Part shown: piece by piece, positions 17,013 to 26,770 of the stretch
Position numbering within the stretch: the stretch's first letter is position 1
How the letters are laid out: the number at the start of each line of letters is the position of its first letter
Origin: a virus
Taxonomy: Duplodnaviria; Heunggongvirae; Uroviricota; Caudoviricetes
IMG/VR virus record: IMGVR_UViG_3300007511_000008
DNA length: 36,208 bases
Direction: 5' to 3' (one strand)
Notes under the pieces: generated by a model
What the model was told of the DNA's origin: nothing
What the model saw: only the letters and a program-made list of their open reading frames with translations
Database searches by the model: none
Made by a program: the position numbers and the translations under genes

Positions 17013-20000
17013 CCCTTCGTCAAAACAGTGCTAACAGCGAGGAATGCCGCGCTGTCTGCTATCTGGTATTCCTCTGTTACCTTATACAAGCGGAACTGCC
17101 TTGAGGTATCAGGCTCGATAACCAGAATCGTTGGGGTGTTGTTCACCAACACGCCCTTCGCCCGCATTGCGGACGTGAACTCCCGAACGGTGAACAATGT
17201 TCCGTGCGGGAGAGTACGGAAATAATCGATAACCGCATTCTTGGCTGCCTCAAGAGAGGTGGACCCGCGGTAAGTAAACCGGACGGTAACCTCGAGGGGC
17301 ACCGAAACCTTCGCCAGAGTGTTACAAGTAACCGTCCGCTCGCCCTTGTTCTGCATGAAGTAATGCGCAGTCTCTACCTCAGGAGCGTATTTGTACGTTA
17401 CCTGCGCATTAGTCCCAAGAACCGGAGTCGGGTACTCCTTCGCAGAGAATATTCCATCGCAATAAATCTTGAGGTCCTCAATGACACTGTAGCTGTGGTC
17501 CTGGTCCGCTACGTAGGTAAACCCATTAGAGCGGATACCAGTAACCGTCGTAGCAGCAGTCTCCTCCCGAAGGATTTGGTCGGGCCCCGGATAGTACGAA
17601 GAAATGTCCAGGTCCGCATAGTAGTAACCGCCGTAGGCAGTCAGATCCTCTTCCTCAAATATTTGGGTGCCGGCCCGAACGATGCGCGCATGGATTCTAT
17701 GCCCGGCCAACGAACCAATCGGCATCGGATCATCAGTACCCAACTGCACAAGGCGCACAACTGCTTTATTTGCTGCTTTTATCGGAGGACTTCCGCTCTC
17801 TACCCCAACTCCGTTCCAACCAATCTGGAATGGGCCACGTTGGATCGCATCAACAACGTTGGTCTGCCCAGCAGTCAGCTGCAGAACACCATTTGCAGTT
17901 CCCGTCCCAATAACAAGGTCATCCGAAGAGAACAAGTGCAGTCTGTATGTCCCCGGCGCAGAAAGGTCTTCGTAGATCTTTGCGCCTACAGAGGGGAAGG
18001 CAGCTTCAATGTACTGCGGCAATGCCGTGTACGCAATTGAGTTCGTAGTGAATGTATATGTAGCGTCCGCACCATTGATATTGATGATCAACGTCGTACC
18101 CGCAAGCGGAGTAAGGGTAGCCGCCAGTGCAGTACTGAAGATGTCCATGTGGTCGATATAGACAAGGTCCGAATCAGCACGGACACCCATATCCACCTCA
18201 GAGTTCTCTTTTATGTACCGAACTGCCCAATCATTAGTTGCAAGAGCAGAGGTGAGCGCAGTCCATGTAGTTGCCGTGGGATGGATTGCCCACTGCAGCA
18301 CGGTACTCGCAGGACCCGGAAGACCGGGAGCAACAACTGTGAGTTGGTTGGCCGCTGGTACAGCTGCAATCTGGTACGTACCGATATTAGGGTCGGCCGC
18401 GGGGCCTACAATGTGTAGGAACTTACCAACATCCGAGGCGACAAAGGGAGTACCGCTCACAGTAAAGGTCGTAGTAGGGAATCCCGCTGCAATAGTCCCA
18501 TCAACACCGGTGGGCAGGGGAGACAGGTTCTCTATCTCCAAGTCCGTATCCGCCGTGTCTTCCTCGAAGATCGTGGTAGATGTGTCCGGATCAGGCATGT
18601 ACACCTGCCCATTACCGATGGTAATACGGAAAGCAGGATCAAACACAACCCGCATCGGAGACTTGAAGTAACATCGTGCAGTACCCTGTGCAGCAGCACC
18701 AATTTCAAATGTAATCCCAGTTTCTGCGGTGACTACTTCAAACTGCTCCCCAAGCTCAAGGTGGGACGGGGAACCAGCTGCAACGCTCTTCACAGGGAAT
18801 GAAAGCCCATTGAACAAGCCAGAGGTAAATTCAAAACGATGTCCCTCACGAACGCCGATTACATCAAAGTCCACAGTAGTACTGTAAATCCGGGAAGGAG
18901 TAGCTGTAAGTGTGTAGGCTGTTGCACTCTCAACGCCTTCGGCAGGGAACACGAGTTGGTTACCAGGCATTGAAGCGGCCCGCACCAAAGCACCCAGGGC
19001 ATCCCCATACGGCAAAGAGGCGGCAACAGCTGCTCCATCGGCATCCATACCCTCGACCTTGGTAACCTCAGTGGCCGGGAGCGAAACAGAGCCACCCGAC
19101 GTGAAGACATCGAAGTCGACGTTGGTCTCCCCTCCCCCAAGGGCAGCAGAAAGCGTCAGCTGCGTGTTCGTTATCGCAGTAATGGTGTGGTACCCGAGAT
19201 CCCCACCTTCCTTAATATAGAGGATGTCGCCCTCAGCCACACCCGCGGTCACAAAATTGGCTGTCGCGGAAGAAACGTATACCAATCCGATATTCGTCTT
19301 CAGGTCAGTACCATTCTTGACCTTGAACAGTTTCGTAGGAGTGAGGTCTGTGGTAACCCCGCGGAGCACCAGGAACTCCAAGCCCGAGTGGACTGCGGCA
19401 TCTGGGAAGGGCGGGTAAACGCGGATTGTGTTCGTGTAGTACTTATCCTGATCTACAATGGCGTACGCCGTCAGGTAGTAGTCATGGGTAGCGGGCCCAG
19501 TGATGACCAATACATCGCCCCATTGCCAGGAGTATCCTGAAAGGGCTGAAGCAACGAATACCCCGTCACTTGTCCCATACTTCTGGGCAACGCCACCCGT
19601 GGCAGGGGCTCCCGTATAGGTTGCGGGGATAACTACATCACCATCCTCATAAGACACCCAGGGAGCCATAGACAAAGAAGTCTTCGGTATGCTGGAGGGG
19701 TTACAGTAGACATCCATCATCCCGCCGATGTGTATCTCGTCGGGCGGGATCTCCACTTCCTCGAGAACCTCGGGGAGTTGGGAAAGGACAATACCTACCT
19801 CAACATCATCAGAAGTAGCCGGTTTCCGAAGAGCCCACTGGTTAAGGAAGGGGTGCCATGCCCAGAGAGGGGCGGCATCTACCACGAACTGCGCAGCCCA
19901 ATCGTCTGTGCGATACATAAGACTACCACCACCCAGATTCCGGAGAGGGTCTCCACAGTCAGTGAGGCCCCATGTAAACCAACTACCGTAGAACCGAATG

Positions 20001-22342
20001 GGGTATGAGATATCTGTTCCCAGCTCAACCCCGGACTCGATAGTCTCGTGCCCGTATGGGGGAGTATTTCCTGTAGCCGCCCAGGCAGTAGTTATCGCCG
20101 GCAGTCGGTCAGAGGGTACCCGTAGGATAGCCCACTCTACTGCGGTGTACGGCTCAAACGTAGGCTCCTGGTTGGGGTCGACGGGAGTAGAAATAGTCCC
20201 GCGGGTCTCCGGAAAAGCCTCACCAAACTGCCGGTGGTAATCTACAGCGCCACCAGCACCAACATCCCAGGTAGAGTCCCAGGCGTACCCTACCGGAAGA
20301 TTCCACGCGGGAAGATACGATGTGGGCCAACAGAAGGTACTATCGGGAGTACCGCTGCCCGCCCCGTTCCCTCTACGGACAGACCAATTGCAAGAGTACA
20401 AAGCAAGCCTTGCTTCCCCTGCAGGAGCAGGCCCCGCAGGATCGTAAGGACCACCTGCGTTGAATAGTGTAGGGAACATGGCGCTTACGCCATTGTAGAG
20501 CCAATCTCTATCTTGAATACAAATCAGATTACCCGTAGCAGTATCATGCTCCTGCACTACTACTTCCAACCATAGGAGCACAGTACCGTCGGAGGGGACT
20601 GCCGGAACCGGGATGGGGTTCGCTACATCCACTGCGAAAAGGGTGATAAAGTCCCCCGGGAGAATACCTTCTGCCGCAAAATCCACGTCTGCTGAAGGAG
20701 TAATGAGGATCTTGTCGGTTCCTACCGCCCCAGCAAAGTCGATCCCTACCCCGCGATTTGTTTGGGCAGCACCAGAGGTTACCCCGGTCTCCCAGTTCAC
20801 AACCGTTGTGTCTGGAGCGCCGTACGTGACCCAATCGACATCCCGAGGAGTGTAGTGTGCATTCTGGGAGTAGACGAAAATGTTGGTTGTTCCGCCCGAA
20901 TCAGTAGCCTCTTTGATAGGAAAATACTTAGCGCGGGAGTAAAGGCCGCTTCCCGACCCACCAAGACCAACCGAGTACGTTGTATCCAAAATCATAAGCC
21001 AATCAGTAGTACTACTAAATGACGCCTTTACAGCAGCAGGGATCGTAACCGACAACCCAAGACGATCCTGGAAGAACATTGGGGCGCAGGTCATCTCCCC
21101 CGCGCTTCCTGCCGGGCTGGGCATAAGGGGTCCGCCAGTCTTAGCCTGGACAGTGCCACCAGAGCTGTACGTATCGCTGGAAGCTACGATTGTGCAATCC
21201 AGCTCAACCTCTGCTGCGGGAAAGGCGGTTACAACGGAAGTAACGTCAAAAGCATTGCCGAAGACAGAGACCTGGTCACCTACCTCAATAGCCTCATTGT
21301 ACCAGCCCGAGTGGACATCGTTGGCCAAGGCACCCGGAATAGTTACCGTCGGAGCCATGTTGATGAGGCGGTTATTGATGGGAAACCGTTGGGTTGTCCA
21401 AATATCCCAATCAGTTGAAAGCCCGAAGTAGGCGTTGACGCCAGCAGCGTAGACGGGCCCATGCCCCAGACCATCCGCGATCTCCGTCGATCCACGGATG
21501 ATATCCCGGGTCATATCATCATCGCCAGTACCAATAACAGAGACACCCTTTAGCTCAGTGTACTCTTGCAGCAGGGTCGTCCGAACCCCGCGCTCAGTTA
21601 CAAGCGAACGTTCAGTAATAAGGTCACCCGCGCGCAAGAGCAATTCCGCGTTGGTCTCGAGAGTAACACCCCCAGTGAATGCGTCGGGGTTATCTACTTT
21701 GACATACCCGGGAAGCCCACTTACAGAAACGAGAGAGCCAGCCTCGATATTTGCATCCTCACTCTCCACCACCGAGAGCACAGGAATATCTGCATAGTAT
21801 AATTCTCCCTCAGTTTGCGAGGACATCTCTGTGGCGGTGACATCAAAAGAGCCACTGGCGACAAAGAGCTGTCCATTGGAGGCTGTGAAGGAGATTGTAG
21901 GGTCGGCCTGAATAGTAGTCGGAGAGGTGTAGTAAACCCGGGCAGTTCCTGCCGAGTGGGAGCCGGGACGCCGGACAACAAACACATTCGCAAGCAAGGA
22001 GTCCAGCTCCTCTTCGCTTAGTGTACTGGTCTGGTTGAGGCTCTGCGCCTCCCGGATGGCGACCAGCTCACGTTTGATCGCCTGAAACAAGAGAATAACC
22101 GGGTTGACGAAGACATCCTTGGCGACAGAACCTGCCGTATCAATATCCAGATCAGGGAATTCATCCCGGATTCGCTGACTAACAAAACTGTCGATGTCTG
22201 TATCGAAGATATCTTCACCAAGGCGGTCCAGGATAGGCTGAACTACCTGTGCATAAAGATCGGACCCCTCCTCAGCATCAAGCTCCGGAAAGAACTCAGC
22301 AAGACGAGAGACAATGAACTCCTGGATGGATGTCGTAACCAT
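17009..22342 (-). CDS. Baseplate J-like protein (T4 gp6/P2 gpJ-like), greatly enlarged (1777 aa)
   Basis: The N-terminus GSVAKDVFVNP...LDSLLANVFVVRRPGSHSAGTARVY...VDNPDAFTGGVTLETNAELLLR is the J-family pattern. The C-terminus has a J-like alpha/beta end. It is adjacent to the gp25-like gene. Confidence 0.82.
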   Translation of the reverse strand: MVTTSIQEFIVSRLAEFFPELDAEEGSDLYAQVVQPILDRLGEDIFDTDIDSFVSQRIRDEFPDLDIDTAGSVAKDVFVNPVILLFQAIKRELVAIREAQSLNQTSTLSEEELDSLLANVFVVRRPGSHSAGTARVYYTSPTTIQADPTISFTASNGQLFVASGSFDVTATEMSSQTEGELYYADIPVLSVVESEDANIEAGSLVSVSGLPGYVKVDNPDAFTGGVTLETNAELLLRAGDLITERSLVTERGVRTTLLQEYTELKGVSVIGTGDDDMTRDIIRGSTEIADGLGHGPVYAAGVNAYFGLSTDWDIWTTQRFPINNRLINMAPTVTIPGALANDVHSGWYNEAIEVGDQVSVFGNAFDVTSVVTAFPAAEVELDCTIVASSDTYSSGGTVQAKTGGPLMPSPAGSAGEMTCAPMFFQDRLGLSVTIPAAVKASFSSTTDWLMILDTTYSVGLGGSGSGLYSRAKYFPIKEATDSGGTTNIFVYSQNAHYTPRDVDWVTYGAPDTTVVNWETGVTSGAAQTNRGVGIDFAGAVGTDKILITPSADVDFAAEGILPGDFITLFAVDVANPIPVPAVPSDGTVLLWLEVVVQEHDTATGNLICIQDRDWLYNGVSAMFPTLFNAGGPYDPAGPAPAGEARLALYSCNWSVRRGNGAGSGTPDSTFCWPTSYLPAWNLPVGYAWDSTWDVGAGGAVDYHRQFGEAFPETRGTISTPVDPNQEPTFEPYTAVEWAILRVPSDRLPAITTAWAATGNTPPYGHETIESGVELGTDISYPIRFYGSWFTWGLTDCGDPLRNLGGGSLMYRTDDWAAQFVVDAAPLWAWHPFLNQWALRKPATSDDVEVGIVLSQLPEVLEEVEIPPDEIHIGGMMDVYCNPSSIPKTSLSMAPWVSYEDGDVVIPATYTGAPATGGVAQKYGTSDGVFVASALSGYSWQWGDVLVITGPATHDYYLTAYAIVDQDKYYTNTIRVYPPFPDAAVHSGLEFLVLRGVTTDLTPTKLFKVKNGTDLKTNIGLVYVSSATANFVTAGVAEGDILYIKEGGDLGYHTITAITNTQLTLSAALGGGETNVDFDVFTSGGSVSLPATEVTKVEGMDADGAAVAASLPYGDALGALVRAASMPGNQLVFPAEGVESATAYTLTATPSRIYSTTVDFDVIGVREGHRFEFTSGLFNGLSFPVKSVAAGSPSHLELGEQFEVVTAETGITFEIGAAAQGTARCYFKSPMRVVFDPAFRITIGNGQVYMPDPDTSTTIFEEDTADTDLEIENLSPLPTGVDGTIAAGFPTTTFTVSGTPFVASDVGKFLHIVGPAADPNIGTYQIAAVPAANQLTVVAPGLPGPASTVLQWAIHPTATTWTALTSALATNDWAVRYIKENSEVDMGVRADSDLVYIDHMDIFSTALAATLTPLAGTTLIININGADATYTFTTNSIAYTALPQYIEAAFPSVGAKIYEDLSAPGTYRLHLFSSDDLVIGTGTANGVLQLTAGQTNVVDAIQRGPFQIGWNGVGVESGSPPIKAANKAVVRLVQLGTDDPMPIGSLAGHRIHARIVRAGTQIFEEEDLTAYGGYYYADLDISSYYPGPDQILREETAATTVTGIRSNGFTYVADQDHSYSVIEDLKIYCDGIFSAKEYPTPVLGTNAQVTYKYAPEVETAHYFMQNKGERTVTCNTLAKVSVPLEVTVRFTYRGSTSLEAAKNAVIDYFRTLPHGTLFTVREFTSAMRAKGVLVNNTPTILVIEPDTSRQFRLYKVTEEYQIADSAAFLAVSTVLTKG

Positions 22343-22345
22343 TCG

Positions 22346-23050
22346 CTAAACTCCCATTTTCACTACTGCCTGCCGAGCTGCTGTCTGGATCTGCAGGACA
22401 ATAGAGATCGCCAGCTTGTCTGAATCGAAGGACATATCAATCGGCACTACGTCCAAAAGGACCTCATCGGCCGGCAGCTTCCATCGACGGTCCCGCTGAC
22501 TCTCTTTGATAGCATCGGCGCACCGCTTGATCGCAAGGTGTAGCTGCGATGCGAATCCCTGAATATTGGTCCGATCCAGGGTCATACCCACAAACTCGTG
22601 GAGACCCCCGCCTTGGTCAGGATTGAAGAAGTCTGTACCGGGGGTGGTCTTCAACAACTTACAGAAACTCTGCATGACTTTGGTAATTCCGCGGATCGAG
22701 CGGAAATTAGAGAACTCGAACGAGAGAGTAGTAATCTCATCCAGCTGTGTTACATCTTCCCCGAGGACAAATATCTTCTCGAGAGGCTTAGACCAAAGAG
22801 CCTTAGGGCACACAAGCCGGATCATATCGGGGGCCAATATCTGAAAGCTACCGAGAATCTCATTGTACCCGTCGGTAGTATCGTCGAAGTTCTGGGGTGC
22901 AGGTTCTACCAAATACCCGTTTACGGACACCTGCGATGCGTGATCGAAGTGCTCCCCGGTGAGGGTTATTACCAGAGGGTACATGCTCACAAGATCGGCT
23001 GTCTTTACGGGCAAGGAGTCTATAGCTTTAATCAGCCGAAGGTCGAACAT
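22346..23050 (-). CDS. gp25/gpW-like baseplate wedge protein with an N-terminal IPT/TIG-like domain
   Basis: IRGITKVMQSFCKLLKTTPGTDFFNPDQGGGL fits the gp25 L-x-T-x-x-G...P-x-x-G motif. The N-terminus has VITLTGEHF...VSVNG. GAGGAGG RBS. Confidence 0.78.
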   Translation of the reverse strand: MFDLRLIKAIDSLPVKTADLVSMYPLVITLTGEHFDHASQVSVNGYLVEPAPQNFDDTTDGYNEILGSFQILAPDMIRLVCPKALWSKPLEKIFVLGEDVTQLDEITTLSFEFSNFRSIRGITKVMQSFCKLLKTTPGTDFFNPDQGGGLHEFVGMTLDRTNIQGFASQLHLAIKRCADAIKESQRDRRWKLPADEVLLDVVPIDMSFDSDKLAISIVLQIQTAARQAVVKMGV

Positions 23051-23337
23051 TATGCCTCCTCGATGGCATCTATCTCATCCAGAACATCTTGCACGGTTTT
23101 CTCCATTGCTTCAAGTCGATCGAGTACAGTAGTCCGCCCCTGAGTGATGGTGCACCCGAAATACGTAGTTGCCGTAGAATCCCCGGAGAGATAGGCGAGC
23201 TCTTCGTCAACGATATAGGCTAAAGAGAATTCCCCGACGTACCGGTCGACGACCTCACGCTGCACGATAAGAGCGATCAAGTCCTCGTAAACACCCGCCA
23301 AACGATTAGAAAGACGGTCTCTTTTTACCTCATCCAT
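23050..23337 (-). CDS. Hypothetical acidic protein (95 aa)
   Basis: GGGAG lies 7 nt before ATG 23337 (the ORF track extends to GTG 23376 through the promoter-like region). TAATG overlap with the gp25-like gene. Confidence 0.6.
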   Translation of the reverse strand: MDEVKRDRLSNRLAGVYEDLIALIVQREVVDRYVGEFSLAYIVDEELAYLSGDSTATTYFGCTITQGRTTVLDRLEAMEKTVQDVLDEIDAIEEA

Positions 23338-23363
23338 AGTACACTCCCGGTACTCCAGCCAAA

Positions 23364-23392
23364 AGTGTAGCACCACAACAGAGAGCTAACAA
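23364..23392 (-). promoter_or_regulatory. sigma70-type promoter candidate for the baseplate/tail operon
   Basis: The - strand reads TTGTTA-N17-TACACT with TG at the extended -10 position (TGCTACACT), in a 62-bp intergenic gap. Confidence 0.55.
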
Positions 23393-23399
23393 CAGTATC

Positions 23400-25532
23400 T
23401 TATAGGGAGTTAAGTACCTCACTCAACTGCTGAAGCACACTCTCAGCCCCCGAAGCCTCTGTGATTGGCTGCGGAAGGAACGAAGGAATATCGCCCCGCT
23501 GTAGCGTCGCAGCCGCCCGCGTATACCCGTGTTGTCGCAACAAAGAAATAACCCAGGGCAACCGCTTTATAGAGAAGCTCGCCGACGACAGTTGACTCCG
23601 AAGATCGGCCATATCAGTAAGGTACGGCGCAAAGGCCTCCTTGAAGGCAGAAAAGCTGGACCAGGTCATAGAGGACAACGTTTTATCTAACAGGTGGAGG
23701 ATATCCAGTTCGGTAGTCAACGCCTTATTCAGGGTTGGGCCAATAGTAAGATTGGCAAACAATTCGCCAAGCCCGGAACGAATCTCAAACTCTGCGTAAG
23801 CAGTGGGGATCTCCGCTGCCAACACATACGGAGATGTGCTGCTCAACAAAGTAGTAGTTGTGGGGGCAGAACCCCCATACTCTACGATATCCCCAATACG
23901 AAGCGGTACTGTTGGCTCCGAGGGGAGCGTAAGCGTAGTGCCGCCGGCGTAATCAAATGTAGCCGCTGCTCCGATCTCCACCTCTCCAGCGAGCTCAATG
24001 TAAGTAGCAGACTCCAGGGAAATATCACAATGAGATATTTGCACTGTGATGGCCTCCCCCGTACCAAGCTCTGTTGTTGGAATACGGCCCGACGCAATGA
24101 AATCGATGGGGGAGCTAAGGCCCGCCTCGGGAGTTATGGCTACGCCGCCAACGATTGCGCCAATCTTGTATGTGGCAGAGGCCGGAGTATTGAAGACCGG
24201 GGAATTATAGGAGACCGTAATAAGATGGTCGGTGGTGAGTGTAGGCTGTGCAACAGACAGGGCTATAGTGCCCGCTGCTGAAAGCGTAGCAGCCAGAGGT
24301 GTAAGGCCCAAAGGATACGTAGTCTCCACTGAGACTGTGGGGGAGTCGGTACTCGTTAGATCCGCGGGAGCGTAATCCCCCCGAGCCCAACCATAGTCCG
24401 CTCCAGGACAAGAACCGTTGAATAAACCAGTACCTACCAAAGGGCCTGCCTGCGGGAAATACAGCTGCATCCCCTGCGAACGATTGGTATCGAGCATCAC
24501 CAAGAAAATCTCATTCCCGGATACTACAAAATCAAAGGGCCGGGGCACTACGGGACCAGACACCTTCGTGTCTAACTCCACCGCCATAGTAGCCGAAGTA
24601 TAGACAGCAGCCGCCAACGTACCAGTGTACTCGGTGTTGTTTACGCGGCAGTAGAAGGTATCATTTGCGCCAGCACCAATTGTCCAACTACCGGCAGCTG
24701 GCTCACCCACAACCGGATCGCACGCAACACCCAAACTTACAGATGCAGCTGTAGCCTCTGGAATTGTCCACGCTGTGGGTGCGCCCCCGGGAGTATCCAA
24801 CCAATTCATAGTAGTTGCGGGAGGTACCGCAAAGACCGGGGGACCAATGGAGATGGACGCGGGAGCGAGACTCCCCAAAGCCCCGGCACCCAAAGCGTAC
24901 TTCACCCGCGCAGGAGATTGCCGGTTCTCTGCAAGAGTAGTCAGGTAGTGTATGCCCCCGAGAGCCTCTACTGCCTCAACATGGTCAATATCCTCAGCGA
25001 GCACCTCATCCGTCCACTCAATAATGCGGTCTTTGAAATATCCTGTGAACAGGCGGAGCTGGAGCTGCTGCGTTGTCTTGAACACCAAAACGGCCCGGAA
25101 ACACTCGAGCAACGCTGCCCGAAGTTCCTCTACCTTTGTACGGATTGCCGCCCCCTTAGCGCTGCTCTCCTCATCCCGCCGGGGATAATTCTTGATCAGC
25201 TCCTCGAGCTTCGAGGCGTAGACCGTCGCAGAGGGGGCCGTGGGGTCCAGAGGATTATCCAGAATAATCTTAGAGTCCTTAGGAGGGATTACCTTGTTGG
25301 TACGAAACGCCTCGGTTATGTCATCAAGAAGAGTTAGTACACTGCTCTCGGCTGTAAGATATCGTTGGGAGGCGAGGTAACAGCCTTCCCACAAAGTATC
25401 AGAGTCGAGATACGCAGTTAGCCCAAAAATGAGCTTAATATCGTTGAGCAGACGAGCCCTGTCTTCCCGCACAGCATCACGGGAAGTATTGAGCAAGGTC
25501 GACAATAATCGCCGGACGGCTTTAGTATACAT
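23400..25532 (-). CDS. Putative virion structural protein (710 aa): helical ends with a beta-rich core
   Basis: Long ORF inside the structural operon. The core contains a sheath-insertion-like segment (WTIGAGANDTFYCRVN...TLAAAVYTSATMAVEL). Confidence 0.6.
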   Translation of the reverse strand: MYTKAVRRLLSTLLNTSRDAVREDRARLLNDIKLIFGLTAYLDSDTLWEGCYLASQRYLTAESSVLTLLDDITEAFRTNKVIPPKDSKIILDNPLDPTAPSATVYASKLEELIKNYPRRDEESSAKGAAIRTKVEELRAALLECFRAVLVFKTTQQLQLRLFTGYFKDRIIEWTDEVLAEDIDHVEAVEALGGIHYLTTLAENRQSPARVKYALGAGALGSLAPASISIGPPVFAVPPATTMNWLDTPGGAPTAWTIPEATAASVSLGVACDPVVGEPAAGSWTIGAGANDTFYCRVNNTEYTGTLAAAVYTSATMAVELDTKVSGPVVPRPFDFVVSGNEIFLVMLDTNRSQGMQLYFPQAGPLVGTGLFNGSCPGADYGWARGDYAPADLTSTDSPTVSVETTYPLGLTPLAATLSAAGTIALSVAQPTLTTDHLITVSYNSPVFNTPASATYKIGAIVGGVAITPEAGLSSPIDFIASGRIPTTELGTGEAITVQISHCDISLESATYIELAGEVEIGAAATFDYAGGTTLTLPSEPTVPLRIGDIVEYGGSAPTTTTLLSSTSPYVLAAEIPTAYAEFEIRSGLGELFANLTIGPTLNKALTTELDILHLLDKTLSSMTWSSFSAFKEAFAPYLTDMADLRSQLSSASFSIKRLPWVISLLRQHGYTRAAATLQRGDIPSFLPQPITEASGAESVLQQLSEVLNSL

Positions 25533-25863
25533 CCTCCAAACCCGACTTCCTTAATCCACGCAACCCCTCTTCCGAGATTTTTGGGAGTTGCTCCAGAAGT
25601 CTATCACCATCTACGTCCAGGATTCTACATATTGACCGAAAACTACCCAGATCCTCAGAATCGGGGGAATAGAACCACGCGAGCAATTCCTCCTCTTCAT
25701 CAGTACCTGCCTCAATAAATACGTAATCCTGAAGGGCGCGCTGGAGGACAGCTAACCAAAGCCGGCGAATTTTAGGACCCTGCTCAAGATCAAGGTCCCG
25801 ACGAATATAATAACGGAATACATTCTCCGGGAGCAATTGTTCTTGGACAGCCTCTATTGCCAC
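25522..25863 (-). CDS. Hypothetical phage protein (113 aa)
   Basis: GTG start with GGAGG upstream. The helical motif LWLAVLQRALQDY...WF...SFRSICRILDVD looks like small non-structural phage proteins. Confidence 0.65.
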   Translation of the reverse strand: MAIEAVQEQLLPENVFRYYIRRDLDLEQGPKIRRLWLAVLQRALQDYVFIEAGTDEEEELLAWFYSPDSEDLGSFRSICRILDVDGDRLLEQLPKISEEGLRGLRKSGLEDVY

Positions 25864-25864
25864 T

Positions 25865-26770
25865 TTAGGTAACCTCCACTGTCAAAGTACCCGAAATTGT
25901 TGGTGCAGGCAAAAGAAAATTTTCGGCTACTGGCAATGGAGTCATTGTATAGGTACCAGGCGTAACCCCGGTGATAGTCAATTCTGTGTCACCAAGACTG
26001 AAAGTATACTCAGTGGCAGACGTCGCATACTGTATAAAAGAAGTGAGAGGTTCGGCTGCTACGGCCGAACGGAGAAGGCCAGATATAGACAAAGTCTTCG
26101 AAGCCCCGGCCGCGATAACTACATGTGTAGTTGGTACCCCGGCCTCCAGATACGTAACACTATACGGGTAGGGGAACACTACATCTGGGAGATTCGCGCT
26201 TGCCGCATCAGGAATGAAGATCTGCTGTGCCATATCGATATAATCGGGGATCATCACATACAGTTCCGCCCCACGAGGAAGATCGATCTCCCCATAGCCA
26301 TCACTGTTGAGGGTGAGTTGCTGCGTTTGATCGAAGATACCCATTGTGGTTGAGGACGAGATGGTACCTGCAGGAATCTCTGAAGGCCGGGAGAAATAGA
26401 GGGAAAGGCCCGCGGCAGCTGCGCCGGTAAGATCTGTGAAGTATCCGCTACAACGACAGAAGCGTGCGTCGCTCGACACCGGAGTAGCTACCGATGCCGC
26501 AGTAATTGTCACGGAAATATCTGAACCAGCTAAAGTAGCGTTCTGCGTTAGCCCAGCAGGAACAGTAAAAGGATTAGAGGCGGGTACCCGGACACGGATG
26601 AAGTAATCCCCGTCGGCGTACCCAACAAACGAGGCACGACCATTGGCGTTAGTCGTATCCTCCGCCAGGTAGACGCCAAACGCACCATCATCCTCATAGA
26701 GCTTGATCACCACCCCGGTAAAAGGGCTGAGGAGTGCGTCCAACAGGTTTACATAAATATCCGATGCCAT
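25865..26770 (-). CDS. Ig/transthyretin-like (carboxypeptidase-regulatory-like) domain structural protein (301 aa)
   Basis: GVVIKLY...TTNANGRA...DGDYFIRV is a prealbumin-like fold signature. The protein is paralogous to the C-terminal part of 30647-32152. TAATG overlap. Confidence 0.6.
   Translation of the reverse strand: MASDIYVNLLDALLSPFTGVVIKLYEDDGAFGVYLAEDTTNANGRASFVGYADGDYFIRVRVPASNPFTVPAGLTQNATLAGSDISVTITAASVATPVSSDARFCRCSGYFTDLTGAAAAGLSLYFSRPSEIPAGTISSSTTMGIFDQTQQLTLNSDGYGEIDLPRGAELYVMIPDYIDMAQQIFIPDAASANLPDVVFPYPYSVTYLEAGVPTTHVVIAAGASKTLSISGLLRSAVAAEPLTSFIQYATSATEYTFSLGDTELTITGVTPGTYTMTPLPVAENFLLPAPTISGTLTVEVT

Noticed and set aside
499-22342. Inteins or introns as the cause of the oversized genes
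   Set aside because: I noticed no Hint-type C...HN(C/S/T) boundaries or LAGLIDADG/HNH motifs. The extra length is accounted for by repeated structural modules.
17009-23050. Bacterial contractile injection system (eCIS/T6SS/tailocin) rather than a phage
   Set aside because: The module adjoins a DNA polymerase/recombination operon and a phage-type sigma factor, and I saw no eCIS AAA ATPase or T6SS membrane-complex genes.
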